Source: Nemertoderma westbladi (taxonomy: Eukaryota > Animalia > Xenacoelomorpha). Taken from it: DNA of 64,000 bases. Of the stretch, positions 23,994 to 35,412 are shown in pieces. The first letter of the stretch is position 1. Each line of letters starts with the position of its first letter. The notes under the pieces were generated by a model that was not told the origin of the DNA, made no database searches, and worked only from the letters and a program-made list of their open reading frames with translations. The DNA lies in assembly GCA_032718475.1 (NCBI GenBank), contig JAUCBJ010005016.1, positions 124,001 through 188,000 on the forward strand. Direction: 5' to 3'. Both the position numbers and the translations under genes were made by a program.

Positions 23994-24374
23994 TTATAGT
24001 CCTATATATGAGTCCTCCTGTAGAGTTTCCTCCATTACCGGTCTTTGCGTTGGTATATTGAAGTGAAGTGTGTCATCTCTATCATTCTCCCAATTTTCGT
24101 TAGAAGCTGAGCTTCCCGATATTCGCGATGGTTGTATCTTTATAACTAGCGAGAAATCTTTTGAAATTTCAACGGTTGTTGGGGATAAAGGTAGACCATC
24201 TACTTGACCAACTTCATATTCTATCGAAGTGAATCCAATCTCGAATTTTTTGTTAATATATCGTAACTCCATCTCAGCAATATTTGATGCAGTGAGATAC
24301 GTTTCATCGCATGATTGTAATTCGATTTTTATACTACTTTTCAACTCACGGTTATTGAAAAAGGCGAATGTCAT
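23994..24374 (-). CDS. Hypothetical protein (126 aa)
   Basis: ATG ORF co-oriented with the right-arm Polinton genes; no motif recognised. Confidence 0.4.
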   Translation of the reverse strand: MTFAFFNNRELKSSIKIELQSCDETYLTASNIAEMELRYINKKFEIGFTSIEYEVGQVDGLPLSPTTVEISKDFSLVIKIQPSRISGSSASNENWENDRDDTLHFNIPTQRPVMEETLQEDSYIGL

Positions 24375-25086
24375 CTTCGAGTTGACAGTTGAGGTAAGTT
24401 GTCGTTGTCGTCGTCGTCGTCGTAACTAGGTACCGGTACTAGAAAGAGTATCTTTAAATTGAATAGGTACCGTAAGCCTACTGATATTTTTTTTCTTTTG
24501 TTTAACAAAATTATAGTTCACACTGTCAGAAAAATTGAGTTTATATATATTTTTGTAGAGGGTCGCAGATGTGTACATTACAAAATTCTCATAGTTAACA
24601 AAATGCATAACATAAACCTTTCCCATGCGGATTAGCGATATATGCTCTGATCGTTATTCTATTCTGAATGTAGGGAGATGCATAGCGGATGTTTTAATGA
24701 TATGTACCGGTATACAGACTAGTAACAGATAGGATGGCATCGTCTTTGACTATGAATATCAGCACATACCCCTAATCTTTTCTCACCGAGCTTAGCGTTG
24801 CCTGCTGTATACTCGCACACTCATAAGTAACAGATGCGCTATTGTGGCTCACTCGTGAGCAACAATGCCAAGTTAGCTAGCCGCGGCTGCTGAGTATACT
24901 ATGCCTACTTGAGTGTTACAAGAAACAATCGCGCTACTGAAGTTAATTTCCCTCCTCAAACTAGTTGTTGATTTTAAAAAAAATATTCATAAATTTCTTC
25001 TCCATTCAATTTAATATATATATTTTACAGTAAAAATCTCCACCACCAAACAGCAACAATAACAATAAATTTCACTCGTACCTGTA

Positions 25087-25668
25087 CTAATTATATTTTA
25101 CATCAAAAACCCCCACACCAAACAATAATAAATTATTAACCAGCTTGTTGAAAATAGGATAATATATATGAAATTTAAACGGGGAATACATTAATGTACA
25201 TTTACCAGTGTAGAAACAGCAAACAACAACAATATTATTTATTCTGACTTTACAGTTATTGAATATTTCAGGGTCGTATGAAATTTCTAGTTTAACATTA
25301 TCAAATATAACATAAAACCCGATATTGTTTATAAGTAACCTATAAATTACAGTATCGATACTAAAAATATAAGTACACAAATTGATTGATTTAAAAATCA
25401 AATTAATGTTTGTTTTTTCTAATATATGTTTTTTCACTTTATTAAAATTATATTTTCTACCGAGAATTGTTATTCGTCCATTTGTAAACATTAATATAGT
25501 TGCACCAAATACCTTATATATAAACTGATTAGGTTTGAGTACAATTTTACCATTCAATTGATTTTTTAATTCTTTCAAATTAAGTCCATAAATAATCTGC
25601 TTACAACTTATATTTTTATTTACTATTTGATAATTCATCATCAACACCATCGTCTTTTGGTTCTTCAT
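25087..25668 (-). CDS. TATA-box-binding protein (TBP)-like protein
   Basis: Two TBP-like repeats: IVN..LNLKEL..ATILMFTNGRITILG and FKSIN..SYDPEIF..VVCCFYTGKCTL; length about that of a TBP core. Confidence 0.7.
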   Translation of the reverse strand: MKNQKTMVLMMNYQIVNKNISCKQIIYGLNLKELKNQLNGKIVLKPNQFIYKVFGATILMFTNGRITILGRKYNFNKVKKHILEKTNINLIFKSINLCTYIFSIDTVIYRLLINNIGFYVIFDNVKLEISYDPEIFNNCKVRINNIVVVCCFYTGKCTLMYSPFKFHIYYPIFNKLVNNLLLFGVGVFDVKYN

Positions 25669-28600
25669 AAATTGGTATATTTGATATTTTTATAGGTTTT
25701 TTGAGGTTTGTTTTATAGTGCCCCCAAGGAAGCGATTGATTTTTATTAAGCCAATAAAGTTTATCATCAAAGCTGCTGAGCGCAAATTTATTTTGCTTTA
25801 AGGTATAAATACGATGTAATTTAGATTGAAATCTGTGTATGTTTTTTTTTATTTCTTCATTTGAGTTATATGCTTTTAAATATTCTTCATGTGTAATATT
25901 CGTTTCCACAACAGCTCTTGTAATACCTTTTGCTCTACGAATATTTTTATTATTCCATTCCAAAATTGAATATAATTTTGGTCTTAAAAATACTGCTTCT
26001 TTAATTTCACGTGAGGCTAGTTCGTCTTTACAGTAATAGAGCCTAGATTTATTTTTATCACTGTAGAGCGGGTGATCCTTGGGGTAATTGGATGTATCTA
26101 AAATATTATTTTTAATTAAGGCTTTTAAGAAATTATTCTGTGATGTGTTATAGTAACAGCCTATCAAAGAGTCGGTGTCTGACGCAGCAATTTCAATACG
26201 ACAGTTTAATTCTTTCTCAATAGGTAGCAATTTATCGTAATACAGCTGATACATATCCAATTTAGCCAAGTCCAACACAGCGCTACCAATAAATATAGGC
26301 TTATCGAGAGTTACAGAGTCTTTCACTAATAAATGTCCCGATAGTGTATTATTGTATATTATAAATTGTTCATGATTAATACGATTTACCAATTGATCGC
26401 ATTTATCGTTGCTATTTGCGATACGAAAGTTACACCGATCTCTTATTTTTTCTATTGATTTGCCAAACAGTGAATTATTGAGCAATTTCGCAACAGCTGT
26501 TTCAATATAACTTTTTGCCAGTCGCCTTTGATTAATATTAAAATCGATGTAATTTTTAAATACAAATTCTTGTTGAAAAGAATAATAATTTATGTAGTTT
26601 AGTAACAATTAATCCATGTTTTATATAAAATTTTAACAGTTTCAAATGTAAATGATAAAACTCTTTATCAAATTGTGTCAGCATGAGTTTTGGTATAGGC
26701 ATTCTATATTTACGGGAGGTACCTCTTTGTATCGACAAGTTATTAAATTGTTCCCGCATATAAGGTGAAAGCATTGATTCATTTATACTTAAATGCTCAG
26801 GGGCTAACGGTAATTGTAATGTTTGATCGTGAATAGCCTTGGGATAATTTAAATCACATATTAAAAAATATCCAGTAGATCCCTCAATGTCTAAATCTCC
26901 CAAGTACTCGATTAGTTTTTCTGGTATTGCATTCTCTAAATGTTTAATACTTACTTCTTTGAATTGTGAGGTGGGTAGTTTTTTACTTAAATTCCCAGAA
27001 TATAAAGAGTTGAAATCAATATTAAAAATATGGCATTCTTCCTTAGTAGAATCATATGTACTTGTACCTGGTATATTTGATTCTATATAATGCTTTCGAC
27101 AAAATGAAACACCACCCCTAATTGATTTTTCAAAATCTCTATATGTCTGATAATCCTTTATTAATTCTATTTTACATTTATTATATTTTAGCGCGCAATC
27201 ATATGTAAATGATGCGATACTACAGTAAAAAACCACTTCTAAATCGTAATTTTGTTTACAAACATTCCTAAAATTCTCAAATATATCAGCAAGCAAACAA
27301 ACATCGAGTTTTAAATAGGCTAAAAGATAATCTTTGAGATTCACGCAGTCGAATTCAACCCATGATATTCCAGCAAACCTATAATCTTCAATTGTGCATG
27401 TTTTTTGACTTAAGTTACTAAAAAAATTATTTATAGACGGCAAACCAGTATCATTAAATTTATTAATATCTGTCAAGTACTCGTATGGAAATACTCCTTT
27501 CCGTTTAATTGTTGAGTTATTCAAGTTTGGATAAAAATATTTCATTTCTTGTAGAGTAATAGGTAAAATTGAGCTTATATCATGACTGGCTACATCCTTT
27601 GTTGAACACTCAACTAAATTACTTAAAGAAAAGCTTAAAAATTGATATGTGTCTAAGAAACATAACTCAATTTTCTTAGACGTGTTTTTAATTGGGATAA
27701 AGGCACTCAGTGAAATATATCGTTCTGTATTTCTCGGTATAACCTTTATATCCCAATCAGTGTATTTCTTATCTCTAAATCCGCTTTGTAATATACAATG
27801 TATATCATAATTGTTGGAATTGTGGCCACAAAGTACATACAGGTATCGTTTCAATGATAAACTTCGGTTACAACTATTACAGGCTGCCGCAATATATTTA
27901 CCTGTAATATGTGAATGATGTCTGTTTTTCCCTACTTTATTATTTAAAGTAACATTACAATAAAAACAAAATTTTGCTTGTTCAAAATTTACAAAATCAA
28001 TATTAGTAAATAACATAGTTTTATGAGTGTATATGTCTGACCAACAACATAATTCAGTTATATCAGTATATAATGAATCTAAGAAATCTTGAATACAATT
28101 ATTATTATTATTTGTCTTTACAAATGTTTTCAAATGACATTTTGGAGGGTTAATTAATTCAGTATTGGGAACAATTAAATAACTCACAGCACACGGTATA
28201 TGCTCCTGTATAATTTGATTATTAACTGACGGTTGTAAGATACATTCTATATCAAAGTAGGTGACAAACAATGGGGATAAGGTTCTATCTAAATTTGTAA
28301 AACTAATGTGTGTTCTTTTTTTAGGTAGTGTCTCTCGCTGACTTCTTCCTTGGTAGCAAGCGAGACGGTGTTGATGAAGAACTTCCGCACGAAAAAAATG
28401 AGCCAAACATCTTTCGCAATATTTCCTATTTTGGATATGAAGAGCTCTCATATTCAGCAATCGATTCAAGTTAGTTATGGAAACATAATGATTCTGTTTA
28501 GGTACATTGTTATTTTTTACTACAAGTAATATATTTAATAACTGTTTATCTGGTGTAATTTTACTAAACGGAGCTTGTCTTAATATAGATACGGGGGTGC

Positions 28601-29664
28601 GTTTGTTGTCGTTATTCCAACATAGTAAATTAATTATATATTTTGAATTTTGTTTTTCAAAAAGTTTAATAGCTAGCTTCCACTCTGTTGGATAATCTTT
28701 GTTCCCATTGTCAAAAATGAAATGACTCATATAATTTTTGTACTGCGAAGTACGATCTTTGTGATCTTTCACTTTGCTACTAAATAATTGCCCATTTAAA
28801 ACAGTTATTATCAGCCGAATGTACATTTATAACACATCGTTTAACTGATAAAGCCTTAGGTAATTCCATATATCCATGCCCCTTATATAGTAACGAGCTA
28901 CACTTAGATTCAGCTAATTTAATTTCAACCCTTAATAAAGATTTAATACGCCACCCCGAACCACGTGTGTTAAAGATGGCTATTTTTTGTAATATATTTT
29001 CCAAAACATACTCAAACCATGCGTCAAAACTTTGCGGTGAATCTACAGTATTAATAGCACCACCGGAAGAATTAAAATAAAAGGTTTCCAATTGTTCACC
29101 TTGTGAAAAATGTGATCTGTACATTAATACATTTAGACCTAACCACAGTCTAAGAACATTCATATCTTTCAATCTGTCTAATATTAACTGAAGAATATTA
29201 CCTCGAATTTGCGTTAATGCTGTTTCTACATCGGGATAATCTCTAGAAGTTGGGAGGTCGTGGACATAAATTTCAAGACGATTATCGTGAGCTTCTTGTT
29301 CCCGCGTAAAAATTGTTGCGCATGTACCAAGAGCCACCCTTAAGTTTTTTCTGGATATTATATTTTTATGTTGCGGACATTTACGCTTTCTTGTGTAGTA
29401 ACATTTCAAGTGGCAGTCGTGTCGTAGATAATCGTCATATGTATACTCTTTATTACAGGTAGAACAAGTCAATTGATAGGCACGGAACTGCATTTCTTTA
29501 CAACCAGTAGTCGTTTCATGTCGTTTACAAATTTCGCTGCATGAAGTCACGACATGACACTTTAAACAAGAATAACTTTCAAAATGTGACTGTAGATGGC
29601 GTAAGTAATTATGTCTAGTTACATTCATATGACAGAATGAACAACATATTGTTATTTTATCCAT
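25616..29664 (-). pseudogene. Protein-primed family B DNA polymerase split by two frameshifts (~28785 and ~26585)
   Basis: ExoI YFDIE, ExoII HNSNNYD, RKGVFPY, ExoIII YLKLD, SIRGG, motif A DFNSLY, motif B KLLNNSLFGK, motif C SDTDS spread over three overlapping ORFs. Confidence 0.95.
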
Positions 29665-29853
29665 GTTGAAGTTTGTTTAGATAATTAATAATAATAATAA
29701 TAATAAAATATCTCCAAAGATTAAAATAAAATGAAATGAAATGTTATTGACTACATCTAAACATTTATATGCTAGCGAGGGAAATAATTTTAAACCAATC
29801 ACCAATCGCTTATGACTATTGGAAACCGCAAAGAGTTTAACTTATGATTAGGC

Positions 29854-30918
29854 TTACATGTTAGGATAATAATCTGGTTTCCATGGAGAATTAGTAACAG
29901 GCTCTACTAGAACTGGGTTACTGACGATTTTCTGTTTCTTTGCAGGTGATGCGTTGGTAAATTTACTCGATGATCTTGGCTTCCGAGGTAATATTTCAGG
30001 AAAGACCTGTTGCGGTTGAGAGCAACTCTCTTCAACATCTGGATTAGGTGATGGGATCTCTACGAACGCTTTAGGTTTATCCAAAAGGACAAAGCCGTCA
30101 ATGTGGGCTTCAGTAAGAGAAACGCCATCCAGCGATTCTTTGAGAAAACTAATATGAGCTTTATCATTCATGTAATGCAACTCGATAGAATTTCCGCCGG
30201 CACCTACTTCAGTAGAATTATCGGTGTTGGTGATAATAATTTTTTTATTATTGGTTTTAATCATTTTGAGACGGTCTGATAATTGAATGATATTTTTATC
30301 AAAAAGATGTTTGTCTGTTTCAGCGACTTGGTTGTCCCACTCTCGCAGCAAAACAGTTAGTTCCTGTTTTGACAAATTGAAACCTGTATAATAGTTAAAA
30401 CCAACACTATCAGTGTATCTGGGGCTGATTTTCCATAAGCCAACATAGTTGGTTCCTTTAAAAGCTGTTACAAATCCAATAAAGTCTGGATTTGATAATT
30501 CAATGTAGAATTGATCGCTAATAATCTCTAGCGGTGGAGAGAGAAATTGCAATAATTTCCCTCTGTATTAAATTAGAACTTCAGTAAAAGCTTTGTTGAG
30601 AACTTTACATTTGCCTTGTTTCTGAACGTAAACATCACCCGATGCGGGGTTGATGGAAATATTCAAATTTCCCCGCGCAAAACGAGGAGTTGGATATATC
30701 CTACCTGGTATAATTGCTGGTCTGGATTGATGTTGGTTGTTGTTGGTTGTTTCTAGAATGTCTAACAAATAGCGGGTATCTTGATGGGAAAAACAAATCG
30801 ATTCGTTGTCATCCTGAGATTCCACAATAAAATACTTGCTGTGAACGACGGTACAAGTATATTTATTGTAAGTAAATTTCCAGCTATTTGTTGCTCCGGT
30901 TTTTTGCGTTAAGGCCAT
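29854..30918 (-). pseudogene. PC4-like (ssDNA-binding/coactivator) domain protein interrupted by an in-frame TAA at 30568-30570
   Basis: ORFs 30568-30918 and 29854-30552 share one frame separated by a single stop; VTAFKGTNYVGLWK...GFNLSKQELTVL resembles PC4. Confidence 0.55.
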
Positions 30919-30994
30919 AATAATAATAATAAATACGAAAAATATTACAAGTGATAAATTTTAAACCGTATCGCTGTAATAAATTGACACCATA

Positions 30995-31185
30995 GTTCTC
31001 ACTCTAAAAATTATGTATATAAGTGGTCAGAAACCCATACGAGAGAAAAGATGATCCTTAACTTATCATCTAAAATCGTTAGGTATCATCTTCGCTCTTG
31101 TATGAGTTTCTGACCACTTATATATACAACAAGTAAGATAATGAAGAAATTATTAAGGAAATAACACAATTTTCAGAGTGAGAAC
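30995..31185. repeat. Nested imperfect inverted repeat (hairpin)
   Basis: TATATAAGTGGTCAGAAAC (31016) pairs with GTTTCTGACCACTTATATA (ends 31124), arms about 45 bp; outer GTTCTCACTCT / AGAGTGAGAAC pair. Confidence 0.85.
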
Positions 31186-31527
31186 AAAAAAAATTAGATA
31201 TGGTATCAATATATTACCTTGAAGATTACAAGTGATGAATTTTATTAAAAGCATTCAGTTATATATGTATAAATTTGCGATGTGGCATAGTCAACGAAGA
31301 AGAGATGGTACGTGTCATAATCATCAACGAATAAGAAAAGAGATGAGCTGCAACGTGGATGAATAGCTAGCTGGTTGGTTGCATGAATAGGAAATACGTG
31401 AAAGAATATGAATCATAGGGTTGTGTGTAATAATCAATAATTATTATAATAAAAACGCGCAGTATATAATGTTAGTGGTGGTAGCCTTTCAATATGGCAC
31501 AGATGCTGTGGGATTGGTTAGGTTGAG

Positions 31528-32006
31528 TAACTATGGAAATATTCGTATACGTGTAGCTAGAACGTGGCGGAATTTCAACACGTATCATAATAGCGTTGGG
31601 GTAGGCAGGCCGCTTGGTTGGTTGGATTGGTGACAGCCGTCGAGGGGTAGCCGTGCATGGTGGTGGTGAGTTGGCAATCGATTCGATATAATAGCGTAGT
31701 GGGGGCTAGCCATGCGATGAGAAGTTAGGTTACGCGAAGATGAATATGCGATGGTTGGTTGATGCAACGACGCGAATCAATACTCGCGGGTGGTAACAGT
31801 TGTCGAGTAAGGTAGGCATCGCGAGGTTAGGCTACGCGTAGGTGATAAGCAACGATTGGTTGAAGGCAACAATATTGATGGTGACAGATGGTCATTAAAC
31901 ACCACAATTTAGCACCGGAATTTGGCATTTTTAATAGCCCTCTGAGATGCAGCCCGTAGCCCAGGCTAGGGAGGAGTTGCGTGAGAACTATGCTTCTCCT
32001 ACTACT
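31528..32006 (-). repeat. Right terminal inverted repeat of the Polinton
   Basis: Reverse complement of 11616-12094. Confidence 0.95.
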
Positions 32007-32243
32007 AGTATATGATGTAGTTTGTAGAAGAGACCACCGGTCCTAATGGAGCGGGAGTATATGACGTAGTTTGTAGAAGGGACCACTGGTCCTAATGGAG
32101 CGGGAGTATATGACGTAGTTTGTAGAAGGGACCACTGGTCCTAGTGGAGCGGGAGTATATGATGTAGTTTGTAGAAGAGACCACCGGTCCTAATGGAGCG
32201 GGAGTATATGATGTAGTTTGTAGAAGAGACCACTGGTCCTAAT
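32007..32243 (+). repeat. 49-bp satellite, about 5 monomers
   Basis: Resumes in register after the TSD. Confidence 0.97.
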
Positions 32244-32282
32244 AATAATAATAATAATCGTTTTATATTCATCATAAATGAC

Positions 32283-32438
32283 ATAGCCTACATAATTATA
32301 GCACATTTTAGTAAAAAATTGATATTGTTGTACCTGATACTGCTTACTTAAAAATATATATAGCCTACATAATTATAGCACATTTTAGTAAAAAAATTGA
32401 TATTGTTGTACCTGATACTGCTTACTTAAAAATATATA
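32283..32438. repeat. 77-bp tandem duplication in the LINE 3' UTR
   Basis: ATAGCCTACATAATTATAGC...AAAATATAT occurs twice, nearly identical. Confidence 0.9.
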
Positions 32439-32558
32439 GAGTCAATAAAATCACAATATTATCATCATCAATTCACATAGACTTGTTAATAAAAACGTGA
32501 AATATATTATCCAACAAAATACGTCAATTTGTTTAAAAATAAATAAATAAATAACTAA

Positions 32559-35393
32559 TTACAGACGGAGGCGGTTATACGTTTTAAAAAGCATTGACTG
32601 AGGCACGCAAACAGAATGTACAAGTGACAAAATTGAGTTATTAGAATTCCTGACTCTAAAAAACAGACTATGTAAGGCAAAGCGATGAATATGATTAATT
32701 GAATTAATCCTAAGTGACATTAACATATAACTGGCACTGAGATGAGTGTCTGTAATACTCTCATACAATTTAAAACCAAATAACTTCCTAACCGATTTAT
32801 TTAGTGCTATACAAAGTTTATTAAACACGTTACGTGTGTAGTAACCGTCAGCCCAGAGGGCATTACAATAAACAGATGAACAATAACTAGAAAAGAGTTG
32901 TATTTTTACATTATCGGAGCACCCACTGAACTTACGAATTAATTGGTTTGCACGCGAATAAAACTTCCTTGTCTGGGCCTTGATGTCCTCGTCATCACAA
33001 AAGTCACTTGTTATTATATGTCCAAGGTACTTAAACTTTTGAACTACTTCTAAGACCTTACCATCTAATATGAAAATCCTGCCTTCCCCAAAGCCACTGC
33101 GAGTTTTGCTGCATATAATAAGACACTTCGACTTTTTAGGATTAAAGCTAATGAAGTTGATGTGTGCAAATTTCATACAGATATCTAACAGAAGCTGTAA
33201 GGAAGTAGGAGTCGTTGTAATTAAAACCAGATCGTCAGCATAGTAAAGGTGATTGACACAAGTACCGTCAAAGGAACATCCTACCTCAGTATTGGTGAGG
33301 TCAATACTCAACCGGTCGATGAAAATGTTAAATAATTTCGGGCTTAATATGCTACCTTGCCGCACCCCGTTACTACACATAAATTGTTGAGACAAGGTAC
33401 CAGACCATCTAACGTGCATTGATTGGTTTGTGTACCAAAACACGAGAACACGCAATAAAAATATGGGTATACCACGTTCAAATAATCGCAAGAATAGAAT
33501 ATTATGGTCTACCGAATCAAAGGCTTTTGACGCATCGAGGAACGTTATATAAACATTAGAACCATTAAGCAAATAATAATTGATGATTTCTTTTAGAGTA
33601 TAACTACATAACTCTGTACCTAATTTCTTCTTAAATCCAAACTGCGCATCGGTTGTATATAAATAATGATCAATACGACTTAAAATAATTAGCTCATATA
33701 ATTTGCTAATAATAGACGAAAGCGAAAAGGGACGATAATTTCCTTTATTGGATATATCGCCTGACTTGTCCTTAACTATAGGATTAAGTACAGTAGTTAT
33801 CATTGACGACGGTAAAAAACCATGAACGTTAAAAGCAGTAAATAGCAGCGATAGTAGGCCGTGTAAATATTGGTTCGATAAAATTATGTGTTCTGCAAAG
33901 ATACCATCTTTGCCACATGCTTTATGTTCCTTTAGATTAGTCATTGCACTGAGTAATTCACTTACATTAAAAATCATTTCATTATTAAATTCAAGATCCG
34001 TAAAAAAGTTAAAAATATGAGAAATATCTGCACCGGAGTGGTTTGAGTTAAAAATATCAGAAAAATGATCCTTCCACATGTTGGCAATATTATAATCTCC
34101 ACATGCACCCCCTACTTTAGCGGCACATGGGGTTTTATACTGTACATCGCGTTTTATATTTTTCCAGAACGTGTAACTAGAATCGGTCATCAAAGAGGAC
34201 GCTAGTTTATCGTTGCGAATTGTATCCTGTTGCTTTTTACAGCGCCGCAAGGCCAGTTTAAACCGCGATCTAGACAGCACCATTAATCGATGCACCTGAC
34301 CAGACCGCGGACTATTAGCCTCCCGCCATAGAAGAAATTGTTCGCGAGCCTCCCTGTGGAGTTCACTGACCTCGTCATTCCAACCCGGAATTCCATGTTT
34401 CGAAATGGTCGGAGCTCCAGAATGGGGAATCGTTTCATCGGCGGCCAAATGCAGTGCCGATGTAATATTGTCGTATAACTGTTCAAGGTCTGATCGATGA
34501 CCCGAACACTGCGGGTTACGGCACTGTAACGCCTCCCAAGGTAAATTTATCGATTTAAGATGACATGCCGTTGCCTGTCGGTAATTGACTTTGTCCTGGT
34601 CTGAAGCCCGATCCCAGGCCGGTTTACTGAACCCGGGAGCCTGTTGGCCATGCGGAGAGGACTCCTCATTGGGTAAAACAACTTCCGTGTCGAGATCGAT
34701 TATTAACGGCATGTGATCAAGCGTTGATACGTCATAATCTACACTGATATTCATAACAATTGATTCCATTGTACCACTACATATGAAGTGGTCAAGCCAG
34801 GATGTCGAGTTGTAGGATGCACTGACATATGTGAACGTTGACGGCGGCAGCCGTTCCACGTCGATGATTCTCAATCCAGTTTCCGTGCAAGTTGCCAGTA
34901 AGTCGACATAAAATTGTTGTCGAGGATCAGCATTAAAGTCGCCAATAAACCCTACATGGTTTACAGGGATAGCTTCGATAAGGGCCTGAATCTTTCCGAG
35001 ACAGTCCAAATATTCATCGTGGTTGTCCCTGCACTCATAAGGCAGGTATACATTAACTAAGACAATGTCATTACCGCCCTTCTGCGAAACTTTTATTGCC
35101 AGAAATCGTGGATCCGAGGAATCTACGACTTCAATTGCACTCGCGAAAGTACGTTTCCAAATCACTCCTAATCCGCCGTATGGACGACCAACAAGGGACC
35201 CATTAGCGAGATCTACAGGCGATGTTCCATAATGTTCAAATTCATTATTTATCTTTCCCAGGTAAGGAATGTCCTGTTTAGGAAGTAAATGTTCCTGGAT
35301 AAAAACAATGTCACATGATTCACAGAGTTTATCTAAAACTAGACGACTGCTACCGGTTCGTACAGAGTTTGCATTGTATGATCCTATTCTCAT
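32559..35393 (-). CDS. LINE ORF2: APE endonuclease + reverse transcriptase (clade uncertain, possibly Proto2/L2-group)
   Basis: GSYNA, FIQEH, GDFNA, WLDH, LDHMP; NYRP, FLDASKAFD, GVRQG, YADD, KYLG; frame uninterrupted. Confidence 0.95.
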   Translation of the reverse strand: MRIGSYNANSVRTGSSRLVLDKLCESCDIVFIQEHLLPKQDIPYLGKINNEFEHYGTSPVDLANGSLVGRPYGGLGVIWKRTFASAIEVVDSSDPRFLAIKVSQKGGNDIVLVNVYLPYECRDNHDEYLDCLGKIQALIEAIPVNHVGFIGDFNADPRQQFYVDLLATCTETGLRIIDVERLPPSTFTYVSASYNSTSWLDHFICSGTMESIVMNISVDYDVSTLDHMPLIIDLDTEVVLPNEESSPHGQQAPGFSKPAWDRASDQDKVNYRQATACHLKSINLPWEALQCRNPQCSGHRSDLEQLYDNITSALHLAADETIPHSGAPTISKHGIPGWNDEVSELHREAREQFLLWREANSPRSGQVHRLMVLSRSRFKLALRRCKKQQDTIRNDKLASSLMTDSSYTFWKNIKRDVQYKTPCAAKVGGACGDYNIANMWKDHFSDIFNSNHSGADISHIFNFFTDLEFNNEMIFNVSELLSAMTNLKEHKACGKDGIFAEHIILSNQYLHGLLSLLFTAFNVHGFLPSSMITTVLNPIVKDKSGDISNKGNYRPFSLSSIISKLYELIILSRIDHYLYTTDAQFGFKKKLGTELCSYTLKEIINYYLLNGSNVYITFLDASKAFDSVDHNILFLRLFERGIPIFLLRVLVFWYTNQSMHVRWSGTLSQQFMCSNGVRQGSILSPKLFNIFIDRLSIDLTNTEVGCSFDGTCVNHLYYADDLVLITTTPTSLQLLLDICMKFAHINFISFNPKKSKCLIICSKTRSGFGEGRIFILDGKVLEVVQKFKYLGHIITSDFCDDEDIKAQTRKFYSRANQLIRKFSGCSDNVKIQLFSSYCSSVYCNALWADGYYTRNVFNKLCIALNKSVRKLFGFKLYESITDTHLSASYMLMSLRINSINHIHRFALHSLFFRVRNSNNSILSLVHSVCVPQSMLFKTYNRLRL

Positions 35394-35412
35394 TATCATT
35401 CTCATTCTCATT

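Larger units (their letters stand above)
11616..32006. mobile_element. Polinton/Maverick (adintovirus-like) element, probably defective
   Basis: AGTAGT...ACTACT termini, 479-bp TIRs, 6-bp TSD AGTATA (11610-11615 and 32007-32012); encodes pPolB, rve integrase, adenain, packaging ATPase and capsid genes. Confidence 0.97.
32244..35412 (-). mobile_element. Non-LTR retrotransposon (ORF2 + 3' UTR, no ORF1) inserted in the satellite
   Basis: (ATT)n tail at 32241-32258 joined to satellite CCTAAT; satellite resumes at 35413; no clear TSD. Confidence 0.92.

Noticed and set aside
26556-28826. Programmed frameshifting in PolB
   Set aside because: No recognisable slippery site; Polinton PolB is normally one ORF, so mutation or consensus error is more likely.
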